DNA from: Promethearchaeota archaeon Loki_b32
GTDB taxonomy: Archaea; Asgardarchaeota; Lokiarchaeia; Sigyniarchaeales; SOKP01
DNA length: 20,656 nucleotides
Assembly: GCA_005223125.1 (NCBI GenBank)
Contig: NJBH01000052.1
Coordinates: 1-20,656 of the forward strand
Reading direction: 5' to 3'
Shown: positions 1 through 8,260 of the stretch, piece after piece
How the letters are laid out: each line of letters starts with the position of its first letter
Numbering within the stretch: position 1 is the stretch's first letter
Made by a program: the position numbers and the translations under genes
Notes under the pieces: model-generated
Seen by the model: only the letters and a program-made list of their open reading frames with translations
What the model was told of the DNA's origin: nothing
Databases searched by the model: none

Positions 1-282
1 CCTTTACTTCTTGTAGATGTGGATCCAGATCAAAATTTGGGCGAAGCTGTTGGTATAGATCTTGAAGAAGAAGGGAAAGAAACCATTTCTGAATTATTGA
101 TTAACACCTTCTTAGTTGAAGGAGGTACTACTGTTGGAATACCTCCATCTGATAGAATAGAGGGTAAGATTTGGGAGAGAGGAATGTATGAAGGTGAATT
201 TTTTGATTTTATGGCAGTTGGACCAAAATGGTTAGAAGGACCATGCTCACCACGTATGTTCCCATTTTTTAGTAAAAAATAA
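1..282 (+). pseudogene. CooC/AcsF-like (MinD/ParA-type) nickel-insertion ATPase fragment; begins before the window and appears 3'-truncated
   Basis: Frame is open from base 1: PLLLVDVDPDQNLGEAVG matches the CooC 'LLxDxDPxxNL' motif. After FMAVGPKWLEG (ends at 240) the expected GCYC nickel motif and C-terminal half are missing in all three + frames, and a stop follows at 280-282. Confidence 0.6.
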
Positions 283-311
283 TTGACTGAATGGTCATCT
301 ACCAGTTTTTT

Positions 312-683
312 CTAGTCATCATTCTTAGTTAATTTTACGTGTGAGAATACATGTGAGATTGGATAACCACTTTTAGGAAAAATTGCAGCGTGTGTTTCTG
401 CATTGAATTTTGTTCCTAAGATGCATTTTTCAATTTTGTGATCAAGCATAAAAGTTGTTAATGTATTTTTAGCGAGATCATCTTTTGGTTGTGGAAGTGT
501 AGCGGCTAATTCATTACAGTATGCTTCTGCAGTTGCTTTAGTCACATTCACATTATTTATATGGAAATATCTAGGATTATAGTTTTTACTGTGACATCCA
601 TTATCTATTTTGTTATAGTATATTCCTAATAGATGAATGTTGTCTACTATATGTCTAATATTGATTTTTGTATGAGTAATCAA
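312..683 (-). CDS. Hypothetical ORF with a weak C-type lectin-like pattern, possibly a foreign or degenerate fragment
   Basis: RYFHINNVNVTKATAEAYCNELAATLPQP..NTLTTFM..CILG resembles the CLec N-terminal pattern (A..YC..L.A.L..P...N.L..F...G). TTG start lies inside the upstream ORF; the frame stays open past the TAG at 312-314. Confidence 0.3.
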   Translation of the reverse strand: MITHTKINIRHIVDNIHLLGIYYNKIDNGCHSKNYNPRYFHINNVNVTKATAEAYCNELAATLPQPKDDLAKNTLTTFMLDHKIEKCILGTKFNAETHAAIFPKSGYPISHVFSHVKLTKNDD

Positions 684-924
684 TTTTTCTTTTTCGAAAT
701 CTTCGTTTCTTAAAAGTCCATTTAAACAAAATGTTCCAAATAATAGCGAAAAGTGCTAAAAATATGCCAAATGATAAAAATCCTGATAATTCACTTGATG
801 GTAAAAAGTTCCATAATGGGTATGAAATGCAATATATAACAATCAAAATTAAATATACAAGGTGCCCTTCATAATGAAAGAATTCCTTTCTTTCTACTAA
901 TTTCTTTTGTTTATTATCTGTCAT
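655..924 (-). CDS. Small two-TM membrane protein
   Basis: ATG start, two hydrophobic segments, then a strongly basic tail (KKRRFRKRK), consistent with the positive-inside rule. Confidence 0.65.
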   Translation of the reverse strand: MTDNKQKKLVERKEFFHYEGHLVYLILIVIYCISYPLWNFLPSSELSGFLSFGIFLALFAIIWNILFKWTFKKRRFRKRKIDYSYKNQY

Positions 925-1072
925 GAATTATTACCCATTAGTTTATTAGAATTTTATACATTTAAATCTTAGCCAAGAATAATTATTTTCATTGAATATT
1001 AGAAAAACTTTAGAAATTTCATTAATGAAATAAAGGTAAAAATAAAATATTCCCATTTATTATTGTGTAATT

Positions 1073-2803
1073 ATGAAAATTGCGAGAATAAATGGTGAGA
1101 ATGGAGAAATTCAATTTGAAAAGATAACCTCCAATTCAAAATACTACTTATTAGGAGCAAGAGCATTAACTTCTCAGATTATTCACGATGAAGTCCCTCC
1201 CTTATGTAACCCTTTAGGAAAGGAAAATAAATTAATTTTTGCTAATGGAGTTCTTGCTGGGAGCCCATTTCCTTGTTCTGCCCGTACATCAGTTGGATCG
1301 AAAAGTCCCTTGACTAATGGGATAAAGGAAGCTAATGTGGGAGGAAGACCTGCTATGATGTTAGCTAGACATGGCATTAGAGCAATAATATTAGAGGACA
1401 TATCATCAACATTAAAACTTATTTTAATTGATGAGGAGGATATCAGGATTTTACCAGCAGAAGAATATAAAGGCTTAGGTAATTATGAACTTCATTCGAG
1501 ATTAAAAGAAAAATATGGAGAAAAAATCGGTATTTATTCTATTGGACCTGCTGGTGAATATTTAATGAAATCAGCGACGGTTGGAGCAAATGATTTGGAA
1601 GGCTACCCAAGCAGGCATGCTGCTCGAGGAGGATTAGGTGCTGTAATGGGTTCTAAAAGAATTAAAGCTATAGTCATTATTCCACCAAAAATCTCAAAAG
1701 TTAAAATGCATGACATGAAAAAGTTTAGGGAGGTTTCAAAGCCATTTGCTAAATCATTAGCAGAAACCAAACAAATATTTTCCACTTATGGCACACCCCT
1801 TATGATGCGTCCAATGAATGAACATGGAGGTATACCAACAAAAAATTTCCAAATGGGATCATATGAAAAAATCGAAAATATTTCGGGGGAAAAACTTCAT
1901 GATCTCGTGGTTTCAAGAGGGGGTAAAAAGAGGCTAGCTTGTTCTCCAACTTGTGTAATAAAATGTTCAAATTTAGTTGTTGATGAACAGGGAAATCATA
2001 TTACTTCTAGTTTAGAATATGAAACAATGGCTCTAAATGGTACTAACTTGCTTATTGATAATTTGGATAGTTTAGCTAAAATTGATCACTTATGTGATGA
2101 TCTTGGTATTGATACAATTGAGTTTGGGGGATCTGTAGGTGTCGCGATGGATTGCGGAAAAGTAGAGTGGGGAAATGCTGAGAAAGTTTTTGAAATCTTA
2201 GATAATGAAATTCGAAATAATACTGAAGAGGGACAACTATATGGGAATGGAGTAAAAAACATAGGAGAAATTCTCAATGCGAAACGAGTTCCTCAGATAA
2301 AAGGACAAGGTATTTCAGCTTACGATAGTAGAGTTTTTAAAGCAATGGGGGTTACTTATGCTACTTCACCAATGGGGGCAGATCATACTGCAGGAGCAGC
2401 TATTGCTGGGAGAGTCCCGAGTCAGCATAAAGACTATGGAGAATTAACTAAAAATGAAGGTAAGCTTGACTTATCTTTTGAATTACAGATTTATACCGCA
2501 GTAATGGATTCTATGGGTTGTTGTTATTTCATTGGTCCTAGTTTTGAAAATATGGAGATAATCAAAAATTCGATTAATGCTATGTACGGATTAAATTTAA
2601 CAAGAGAAGATGTAATCAAAATTGGCATAAGCATTATAAGAACTGAACTTGATTTCAATGAAAAAGCGGGAATTACTCAAGAAATGAATAATGTTCCGGA
2701 GTTTTTCAGAAAAGAACCCTCGGAACCAACAGGATTAAGATACACTTTTGATATAGCTGATTTGAAAACTTTTTGGAGAAGATTGAATGAACATAATTTT
2801 TAA
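1073..2803 (+). CDS. aor: Aldehyde:ferredoxin oxidoreductase family protein (W/Mo-bispterin, 4Fe-4S)
   Basis: Motifs KSPLTNGIKEANVGG, SIGPAGE, RHAARGGLGAVMGSKRIKAI, CSPTCVIKC, EYET, CDDLGIDTIE, TSPMGADH, DSMGCCYF. Confidence 0.93.
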   Translation: MKIARINGENGEIQFEKITSNSKYYLLGARALTSQIIHDEVPPLCNPLGKENKLIFANGVLAGSPFPCSARTSVGSKSPLTNGIKEANVGGRPAMMLARHGIRAIILEDISSTLKLILIDEEDIRILPAEEYKGLGNYELHSRLKEKYGEKIGIYSIGPAGEYLMKSATVGANDLEGYPSRHAARGGLGAVMGSKRIKAIVIIPPKISKVKMHDMKKFREVSKPFAKSLAETKQIFSTYGTPLMMRPMNEHGGIPTKNFQMGSYEKIENISGEKLHDLVVSRGGKKRLACSPTCVIKCSNLVVDEQGNHITSSLEYETMALNGTNLLIDNLDSLAKIDHLCDDLGIDTIEFGGSVGVAMDCGKVEWGNAEKVFEILDNEIRNNTEEGQLYGNGVKNIGEILNAKRVPQIKGQGISAYDSRVFKAMGVTYATSPMGADHTAGAAIAGRVPSQHKDYGELTKNEGKLDLSFELQIYTAVMDSMGCCYFIGPSFENMEIIKNSINAMYGLNLTREDVIKIGISIIRTELDFNEKAGITQEMNNVPEFFRKEPSEPTGLRYTFDIADLKTFWRRLNEHNF

Positions 2804-2987
2804 TCAATAAATTTTCTTTCTTCGAATCATTGCCCATGATTTAAGCTCAGAAATAGGAATATATTATATTCAATTTGAAATCATATTTTCTTTTTATTGA
2901 ATTAAAATTGGATTTATTAAATAAGATTATCAATAAAAAAGAAAATAAAATATATAAAATATACTAAACAAAAAATACTAATTAATT

Positions 2988-2993
2988 AGGTGA
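2988..2993 (+). promoter_or_regulatory. Shine-Dalgarno-like AGGTGA for nfo
   Basis: Archaeal GGTGA-type SD, 5 nt upstream of TTG 2999. Confidence 0.55.
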
Positions 2994-2998
2994 TTTTA

Positions 2999-3871
2999 TT
3001 GAGAATTGGCGCACACATGAGTGTTTCAGGAGGAAAATATATGGCATTTGAGAGCGGCAAGGAATTAGGTTGTGAAGCAATTCAAATTTTTATCAGGAAT
3101 GTACGTGGTTGGACTTCTGGATCTTTAAAACAAAAAGAGATTGATGATTTTATATCTAAAAAAGAAGAGTTAAAAAATAAGATATGGCCAGTTATTTCAC
3201 ATAATAGTTATTTAGTAAATTTGGCTAGCTTAGATAAAGAAAAATTAGAAAAATCATATAATGCTATGATTGACGAGCTTACTAAAGTAGATCAATTAAA
3301 CATAGAATACGCGAATATGCACCCTGGTGTAATTCCTATAAGTGATAAAAAGGAAATTACTAAATTAGAAGCATTAACTCAAATTGCTGAACAATTAAAT
3401 AAACTGATGGAAGAAACTAAATCATCACAAGTTATTATATTACTTGAAACCACAGCAGGACAGGGAAAGGGATTAGGTAATAAATTCCATCATTTTAAAA
3501 CCATAATAGATAAAATTCAAAACAAAAAACGGATTGGGATCTGTTTAGATACTGCACATTCCTTTGCAGCTGGATATGATTTTAGAACAAAAAAAGGATA
3601 TGAAAAAATGTGGAATGAATTCGATGAAGTTATAGGTTTAAATTATTTATACGCATTCCATCTAAATGACACAGATAAAGAATGTGGCTCAAGAGTAGAT
3701 AGACATACCCACATTGGACAAGGTAAAATTGGTAAAGAACCGTTTGGCTTCTTTATCAACGATGAAAGATTTAAAGATATACCAGGTATTTTAGAAACAC
3801 CTAAAGGTAAAGATTATAAAGAGGATGTTATGAATTTAAAAACACTTAAATCTTTAAGAAAAAAAGGTTAA
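2999..3871 (+). CDS. nfo: Endonuclease IV (AP endonuclease family 2)
   Basis: IGAHMS, HNSYLVNLAS, MHPG, LLETTAGQG, CLDTAHSFAAGYD, HLND, DRHTHIGQG, ILETPK. TTG at 2999 is preferred over GTG at 2990 because AGGTGA (2988-2993) sits at SD distance from it. Confidence 0.95.
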   Translation: MRIGAHMSVSGGKYMAFESGKELGCEAIQIFIRNVRGWTSGSLKQKEIDDFISKKEELKNKIWPVISHNSYLVNLASLDKEKLEKSYNAMIDELTKVDQLNIEYANMHPGVIPISDKKEITKLEALTQIAEQLNKLMEETKSSQVIILLETTAGQGKGLGNKFHHFKTIIDKIQNKKRIGICLDTAHSFAAGYDFRTKKGYEKMWNEFDEVIGLNYLYAFHLNDTDKECGSRVDRHTHIGQGKIGKEPFGFFINDERFKDIPGILETPKGKDYKEDVMNLKTLKSLRKKG

Positions 3872-3872
3872 A

Positions 3873-4277
3873 TTATTCTACATCTTCTACTTCAAACCAT
3901 ACGGGAGATTTATTAAATGGCTCTCCGTTGTAATTTACTGTTATTTCTTCGTCTTTAGAAATATCTCGAATTGTAATATGTTCAATGCATTTATTTTTAT
4001 AATCGTAGACATATTTCACATTCGGATTATAAGAATGATTTATAAACTGGCTAGCACTTAAGGATATTGCTGATTCATATTCTCCTTTACAATTAGGATC
4101 GTCCCATTCATAAGAATAATTAGATAAAACAGTATCTTCAATTAAATCCCATCCTTTATTAGAAATGAGGATAATATGAGCAATATTTATCTTTGTTCCC
4201 TTTCTTATATTCTTTTTAGCAAATACTCCTTTCCCTTTTTTTGCAGAGATATATTTTACCTCTATTAACTTATTCAA
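3873..4277 (-). CDS. SET domain protein-lysine methyltransferase (copy 2)
   Basis: KGKGVFAK (motif I), FINHSYNPN (NHS motif), RDISKDEEITVNY (ELxxxY motif); no post-SET cysteine cluster. Confidence 0.9.
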   Translation of the reverse strand: MNKLIEVKYISAKKGKGVFAKKNIRKGTKINIAHIILISNKGWDLIEDTVLSNYSYEWDDPNCKGEYESAISLSASQFINHSYNPNVKYVYDYKNKCIEHITIRDISKDEEITVNYNGEPFNKSPVWFEVEDVE

Positions 4278-4391
4278 TAAGACATCGCCACACTGACAAA
4301 TAATATAGTTATAATAGGAGGTTTTTTCATTAAACTTTTTACTATAATTATGATTTCTTAATTAAAACAATTATTTTATTAGATTTATAGA

Positions 4392-4787
4392 TTACTCTAT
4401 ATCAAACCATACAGGACTCTTATCGTTAATGAGTCCGTTGTAATTTACTAATAGCTCCTCTCCTTTGGGTATATCTCTAATAGCAGAAAATTCTATTACT
4501 TTATTCTCATAATCGTACAAATATTTAATATTAGGTTCATAAGAATGATTAATAAATTGACTTATACTTAATGTAATTGCATTTGTGAATTCGGGCTCAT
4601 GTTTGGGATCTTCCCAAATATAGCAATAATTAAATAAAATTGTTTTTCTAATTTTTTTATAATCTTTATTTGGAATTGGGACTACATGGGCAATGTCTAT
4701 AATTGCTTCCTTTTCGATATCTCTTTTTGCAAATACGCCTTTACCTTTCTTTCGAGATATAAATTTAACTTCTAACAAATCATTCAT
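4392..4787 (-). CDS. SET domain protein-lysine methyltransferase (copy 1)
   Basis: KGKGVFAK, FINHSYEPN, RDIPKGEELLVNY; colinear with the neighbouring paralogue, including SPVWF near the C-terminus. Confidence 0.9.
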   Translation of the reverse strand: MNDLLEVKFISRKKGKGVFAKRDIEKEAIIDIAHVVPIPNKDYKKIRKTILFNYCYIWEDPKHEPEFTNAITLSISQFINHSYEPNIKYLYDYENKVIEFSAIRDIPKGEELLVNYNGLINDKSPVWFDIE

Positions 4788-4821
4788 ACGTTACACCAAT
4801 AATAAGTATTGAACTTAGAGT

Positions 4822-5433
4822 TTATTCAATTGAGGCGTGCCTATTATCAATATCTTCTTCTGTTACTCCCAATTTTTTCATTAAAATGCCTCCAATTGAG
4901 TCTAAAACTGCAAAAGCGGATATATCAAATAAGCTTGTATAAGGAGCTAAAGTTTCTTGATCTAAAGCCACATCTTTGCTTTTTCCTTTGATTTCAATGA
5001 TATAATCAGATAATTCTCCAATTGTACTTTTAGGATTACTGCTAAGTAATACAATTTTACCCCCAATTTCTTTTGCTTTTTTTGCGATAGCAACGGGAGA
5101 AGTTGTTTCTCCGCTCCCACTTACAATTATTAAAAGATCTTGACTTGAATACTGGTACGTAACCGCATCTGAAACAAAACATGATTTTATACCTAAATAC
5201 ATTAATCTTTGAGCAAAACTCCTTCCAACAAATCCAGATCGCCCTGCTCCATAAACAAAAATTCTATTTTTAGAATTATGTATTTGTAAGATTAACTCAA
5301 TTGTACATGAAATGTCTTCTATATTAATAGTTTGAGCATTTAGTTGTATTTGTCTTGCTAATTCATGTAAAGTGTTATTGAATCTTTCTTTATTTTCTTC
5401 AGAATCCATAATATTGATAAAAAAGTGTATCAT
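4822..5433 (-). CDS. hxlB: 6-phospho-3-hexuloisomerase-like SIS domain protein
   Basis: RIFVYGAGRSG, FAQRLMYLG, VSGSGET, APYTSLFD and C-terminal RHASIE match the PHI family. The true start may be the ATG at 5409. Confidence 0.85.
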   Translation of the reverse strand: MIHFFINIMDSEENKERFNNTLHELARQIQLNAQTINIEDISCTIELILQIHNSKNRIFVYGAGRSGFVGRSFAQRLMYLGIKSCFVSDAVTYQYSSQDLLIIVSGSGETTSPVAIAKKAKEIGGKIVLLSSNPKSTIGELSDYIIEIKGKSKDVALDQETLAPYTSLFDISAFAVLDSIGGILMKKLGVTEEDIDNRHASIE

Positions 5434-6699
5434 TTAATCTTTATATTTTTCAGGATTCACACATCTCCGCCATTGCATAACAGTTTCTAGAGGTCCTAAT
5501 CCTATAAGAAGATCACCTTCTTCGAAAAGAAAATCAGGTTTAAAGCTATAGATCCATTTATCCTCTCTTTTCAAAGCGATAATATGAAATCCACGCCTAT
5601 ACCGTTTATCTTGTAATTCGTTATATGATTTATCTTTAAAGTAAGAATCTTCTGATAATGTTTCTCGAACAACTATTTCTGAAGTTTCGCGAATTGCTTG
5701 CTGAAAAATTCTATGTGGTTCGAAGCCTTTAAGAATATTTTCTGCAATGTGAGCAGCTGAATCAGATATTAATTCACAACTAAAAACAATTCTCATTATA
5801 CCTGTGAGATCACGAGGAGTTTCTACTAATTTTGCTAAATCAAGAAGATCTTTTTCTAAAGCGATATTTAAACCGTCCATTAGTTCTTCCATTTCTAGAA
5901 CATCTTCCGCTACTTCTTCATTATTAAAGAATAAGGCAGCTAAAGCTAATTCAATCATAGTTTCGGAAATATTTGTTATTAAAACATAGTTTCTCTGGAT
6001 TTCCTCAACCTTTTCACATATCTCTAGGTTTTCAAGATCAAGAATTTGTTCTTTCTCCTGTTCTTCAATGTCAAAAGAAAAGGGTTCAAGATCATTGCAT
6101 AGCTTTTTCAATTCAATAATTGGCGGGATTTCTCCTTTTACAATTAAAATATCATCTACCTGCACATTTTGATCTCTTTCAAAAAGCCAATTACCTTCTC
6201 TATGAATTGCGATTAAATCGACTCCGTGTTTTGATCTAAAGTGTATGTCTTTCCTTTTTTGTCCGATAAAACTGCATTCTTTATTTACAGTAATTTTAAC
6301 TATAGGTTTTGGTACATAACTAATATCACTAAATAATTGAATAAAATAAGAAATATCACTATTGATATAAATAACTCTGGCAATATCTGATAAAGCATCA
6401 GAAATTTTGTCAATAGCATAACCCATAACAACTAAGGGTTCCAGTTTTTTAGCTCCATCTAATCCTCTTGGATGTGCTTGAATAATTTGGAAATTGAGTA
6501 AAAAAGTAAGTTCATGAATTCTTTGTTCCATTTTATAAGCTTCATCAGCTAGTTCTTTACTTCCGAATTTAATTGCACTATAAGCCAAATCTATCATTAA
6601 ATCAATATTTTGTTTCATTTCCCTAATGATATCCTTTAGGGAAAGAGGCTTATATTTAAACTTTTTACTCTGCTTAGTCATATTGTTTTTTTCACTCAC
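5434..6699 (-). CDS. Tandem (PhoU-like + TrkA-C/RCK_C) x2 ion-transport regulatory protein
   Basis: Two repeats: MIDLAYSAI..ELADEAYKME / MIELALAAL..EVAEDVLEME helical bundles, each followed by TrkA-C signatures (LIAIHREGNW..DDILIVKG / IIALKREDKW..GDLLIGLG). The start may be ATG 6681, which has GAGTGA upstream. Confidence 0.85.
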   Translation of the reverse strand: MSEKNNMTKQSKKFKYKPLSLKDIIREMKQNIDLMIDLAYSAIKFGSKELADEAYKMEQRIHELTFLLNFQIIQAHPRGLDGAKKLEPLVVMGYAIDKISDALSDIARVIYINSDISYFIQLFSDISYVPKPIVKITVNKECSFIGQKRKDIHFRSKHGVDLIAIHREGNWLFERDQNVQVDDILIVKGEIPPIIELKKLCNDLEPFSFDIEEQEKEQILDLENLEICEKVEEIQRNYVLITNISETMIELALAALFFNNEEVAEDVLEMEELMDGLNIALEKDLLDLAKLVETPRDLTGIMRIVFSCELISDSAAHIAENILKGFEPHRIFQQAIRETSEIVVRETLSEDSYFKDKSYNELQDKRYRRGFHIIALKREDKWIYSFKPDFLFEEGDLLIGLGPLETVMQWRRCVNPEKYKD

Positions 6700-6718
6700 G
6701 TTTGATATAAATTTGATT

Positions 6719-7270
6719 TTATATAAATATTATTATAAATAAAATTAAGAATAGGGGCGTCAGAAAATCAGCAAGAGATGTAACAAAGGGAATCAAAAAA
6801 TTATTTGGATCCATCCCACGCTTAAATAAGAATATTGCACCAATAAATAATGTTATAAACATTATGAAAAAAAGCAATAAAATTGTAAGAGTAATAATAA
6901 AACTCATCAATAATGGATTAATAATTTTAATACCTGAAATAACCCCTACTAAATAACCTAAAAATAATAGAGAAACTAAACTTAATAAAAGAGTTATTAA
7001 TAGTCCATAAAAATCTTCTTTTAATCTTTCTGATATCTTAATTTTTGGAGATAATGTACCAATATAAAGATGCGTAGTTAATCTTGACACAAGAACCGTA
7101 GATATATCTCCAGTTAGAGAATTTAAAGCTGGAATTATTAGCAGCATTATTGGAATACTGTATAATATTTCTTCATTTGAAGATAATAAAGTACCAGAAA
7201 TTAATCCCATTAATGAAGAAAGAATCACAATAATTATGGATTCTTTAATAATCTTTATGTAGTAGTTAAT
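6719..7270 (-). CDS. MgtE/SLC41-type divalent cation transporter, membrane half B
   Basis: IPALNSLTGDIST and GMDPNNFLIPFVTSLADF motifs. The frame is open upstream of the GTG at 7228 to 7270 (INYYIKIIKES...), matching KIIKET of half A; start codon uncertain. Confidence 0.8.
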   Translation of the reverse strand: MNYYIKIIKESIIIVILSSLMGLISGTLLSSNEEILYSIPIMLLIIPALNSLTGDISTVLVSRLTTHLYIGTLSPKIKISERLKEDFYGLLITLLLSLVSLLFLGYLVGVISGIKIINPLLMSFIITLTILLLFFIMFITLFIGAIFLFKRGMDPNNFLIPFVTSLADFLTPLFLILFIIIFI

Positions 7271-7825
7271 TCAAGGCACCCCCAGCATTATAATTGTTAA
7301 GAAAAAGCAAAATACAGTAGAAAAATCGTCAATTGCAGTCATTACAGGATTAACAACATTATTTGGATTTAACCCTTTTTTGAAAGCTAAATAATTTAGA
7401 CCCGTAGAACAAGGAACTGAAATTGATAATGTTAATACGATTGAAATTATTGGTATTGTAATGAAATACTGATTAGAAAGAATATATAATTTGAAGAAAA
7501 TTAGATTTAAGATAATAGAAAAGATACCTATGAAAATTGCCGTAATTATTGAAAGAGTATACGTTGCCAGAACATTTTCAATCCAGGATCTCTTAGAAAA
7601 ATTACCAATAACTAGATCACGGGAGGTTCTAGCAATGAATGGCCCACTTAAATTACCTCTTAAAGACAGGAGAGCAGGAATCATCAAAAGTAAAACAAGA
7701 AAACTATCAAAAGGAAGAATTAAAAGTGATAAAACGATCCCAGCTAATAGATCTCCAACAATCGAGACGACTTCTGATGGGAAGGTTTCTTTAATAATTT
7801 TGCCTTTAGAGTCTTGAGTTTCCAT
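7271..7825 (-). CDS. MgtE/SLC41-type divalent cation transporter, membrane half A
   Basis: IPALLSLRGNLSG and GLNPNNVVNPVMTAIDDF motifs; about five TM segments; GAGGT upstream of the ATG. Confidence 0.85.
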   Translation of the reverse strand: METQDSKGKIIKETFPSEVVSIVGDLLAGIVLSLLILPFDSFLVLLLMIPALLSLRGNLSGPFIARTSRDLVIGNFSKRSWIENVLATYTLSIITAIFIGIFSIILNLIFFKLYILSNQYFITIPIISIVLTLSISVPCSTGLNYLAFKKGLNPNNVVNPVMTAIDDFSTVFCFFLTIIMLGVP

Positions 7826-8260
7826 ATACCAACCTCATCAGATTCCGTTGAGTTTAATTTATCTTTTTCAAGCATTTTTTATAATAAAGTATGGTGAAAG
7901 TTATTAAAAATTTATTGAAACTATTGTTCTAATATAATAATTAGAATTTAGTATATTTAAGAATTTAGGTGCACCTAATTTATTTAAACTTTCTTTAAAT
8001 CTCTATCTATATTTACTCTAATATAATGATTTTATAAATTTTAAAGTCCAAAAACTAATAAATTAAAGAACACCATTTAAATATCATATCACTAATGGCT
8101 TTTTTATAAATTGCAATATATAGACATGATTTCAATAATTCTAATTTTAAAATTAAACATAATCTTAAGAACCTAAACAAATTTTATTTGAAAATAACAA
8201 TTCATAATATTTATTTTAGTAAATTTAAAGTACTTAACAATTTTAGAGAGTAATTGATAA
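7826..8260. promoter_or_regulatory. AT-rich divergent intergenic region (435 bp), presumably two promoters
   Basis: Lies between divergent genes and has several TTTA(A/T)A-like boxes; individual promoters cannot be assigned. Confidence 0.45.

Noticed and set aside
28-240. Continued open minus-strand frame through the CooC fragment
   Set aside because: Ser/Pro-rich antisense shadow of the motif-bearing + strand frame.
1183-2277. Short minus-strand ORFs 1183-1401, 1603-1785 and 2086-2277
   Set aside because: Antisense shadows inside the AOR gene with no recognisable motifs.
2825-2841. Small hairpin AATCAT-N5-ATGATT after aor, considered as a SECIS or terminator
   Set aside because: Only a 6-bp AT-rich stem, and aor has no in-frame TGA.
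4809-7817. Plus-strand ORFs 4809-4991, 5804-5989 and 7491-7817
   Set aside because: Antisense to well-supported minus-strand genes.
7826-8260. Possible replication origin in the AT-rich gap
   Set aside because: No ORB-like repeats with G-strings and no adjacent orc1/cdc6; divergent promoters explain the gap.
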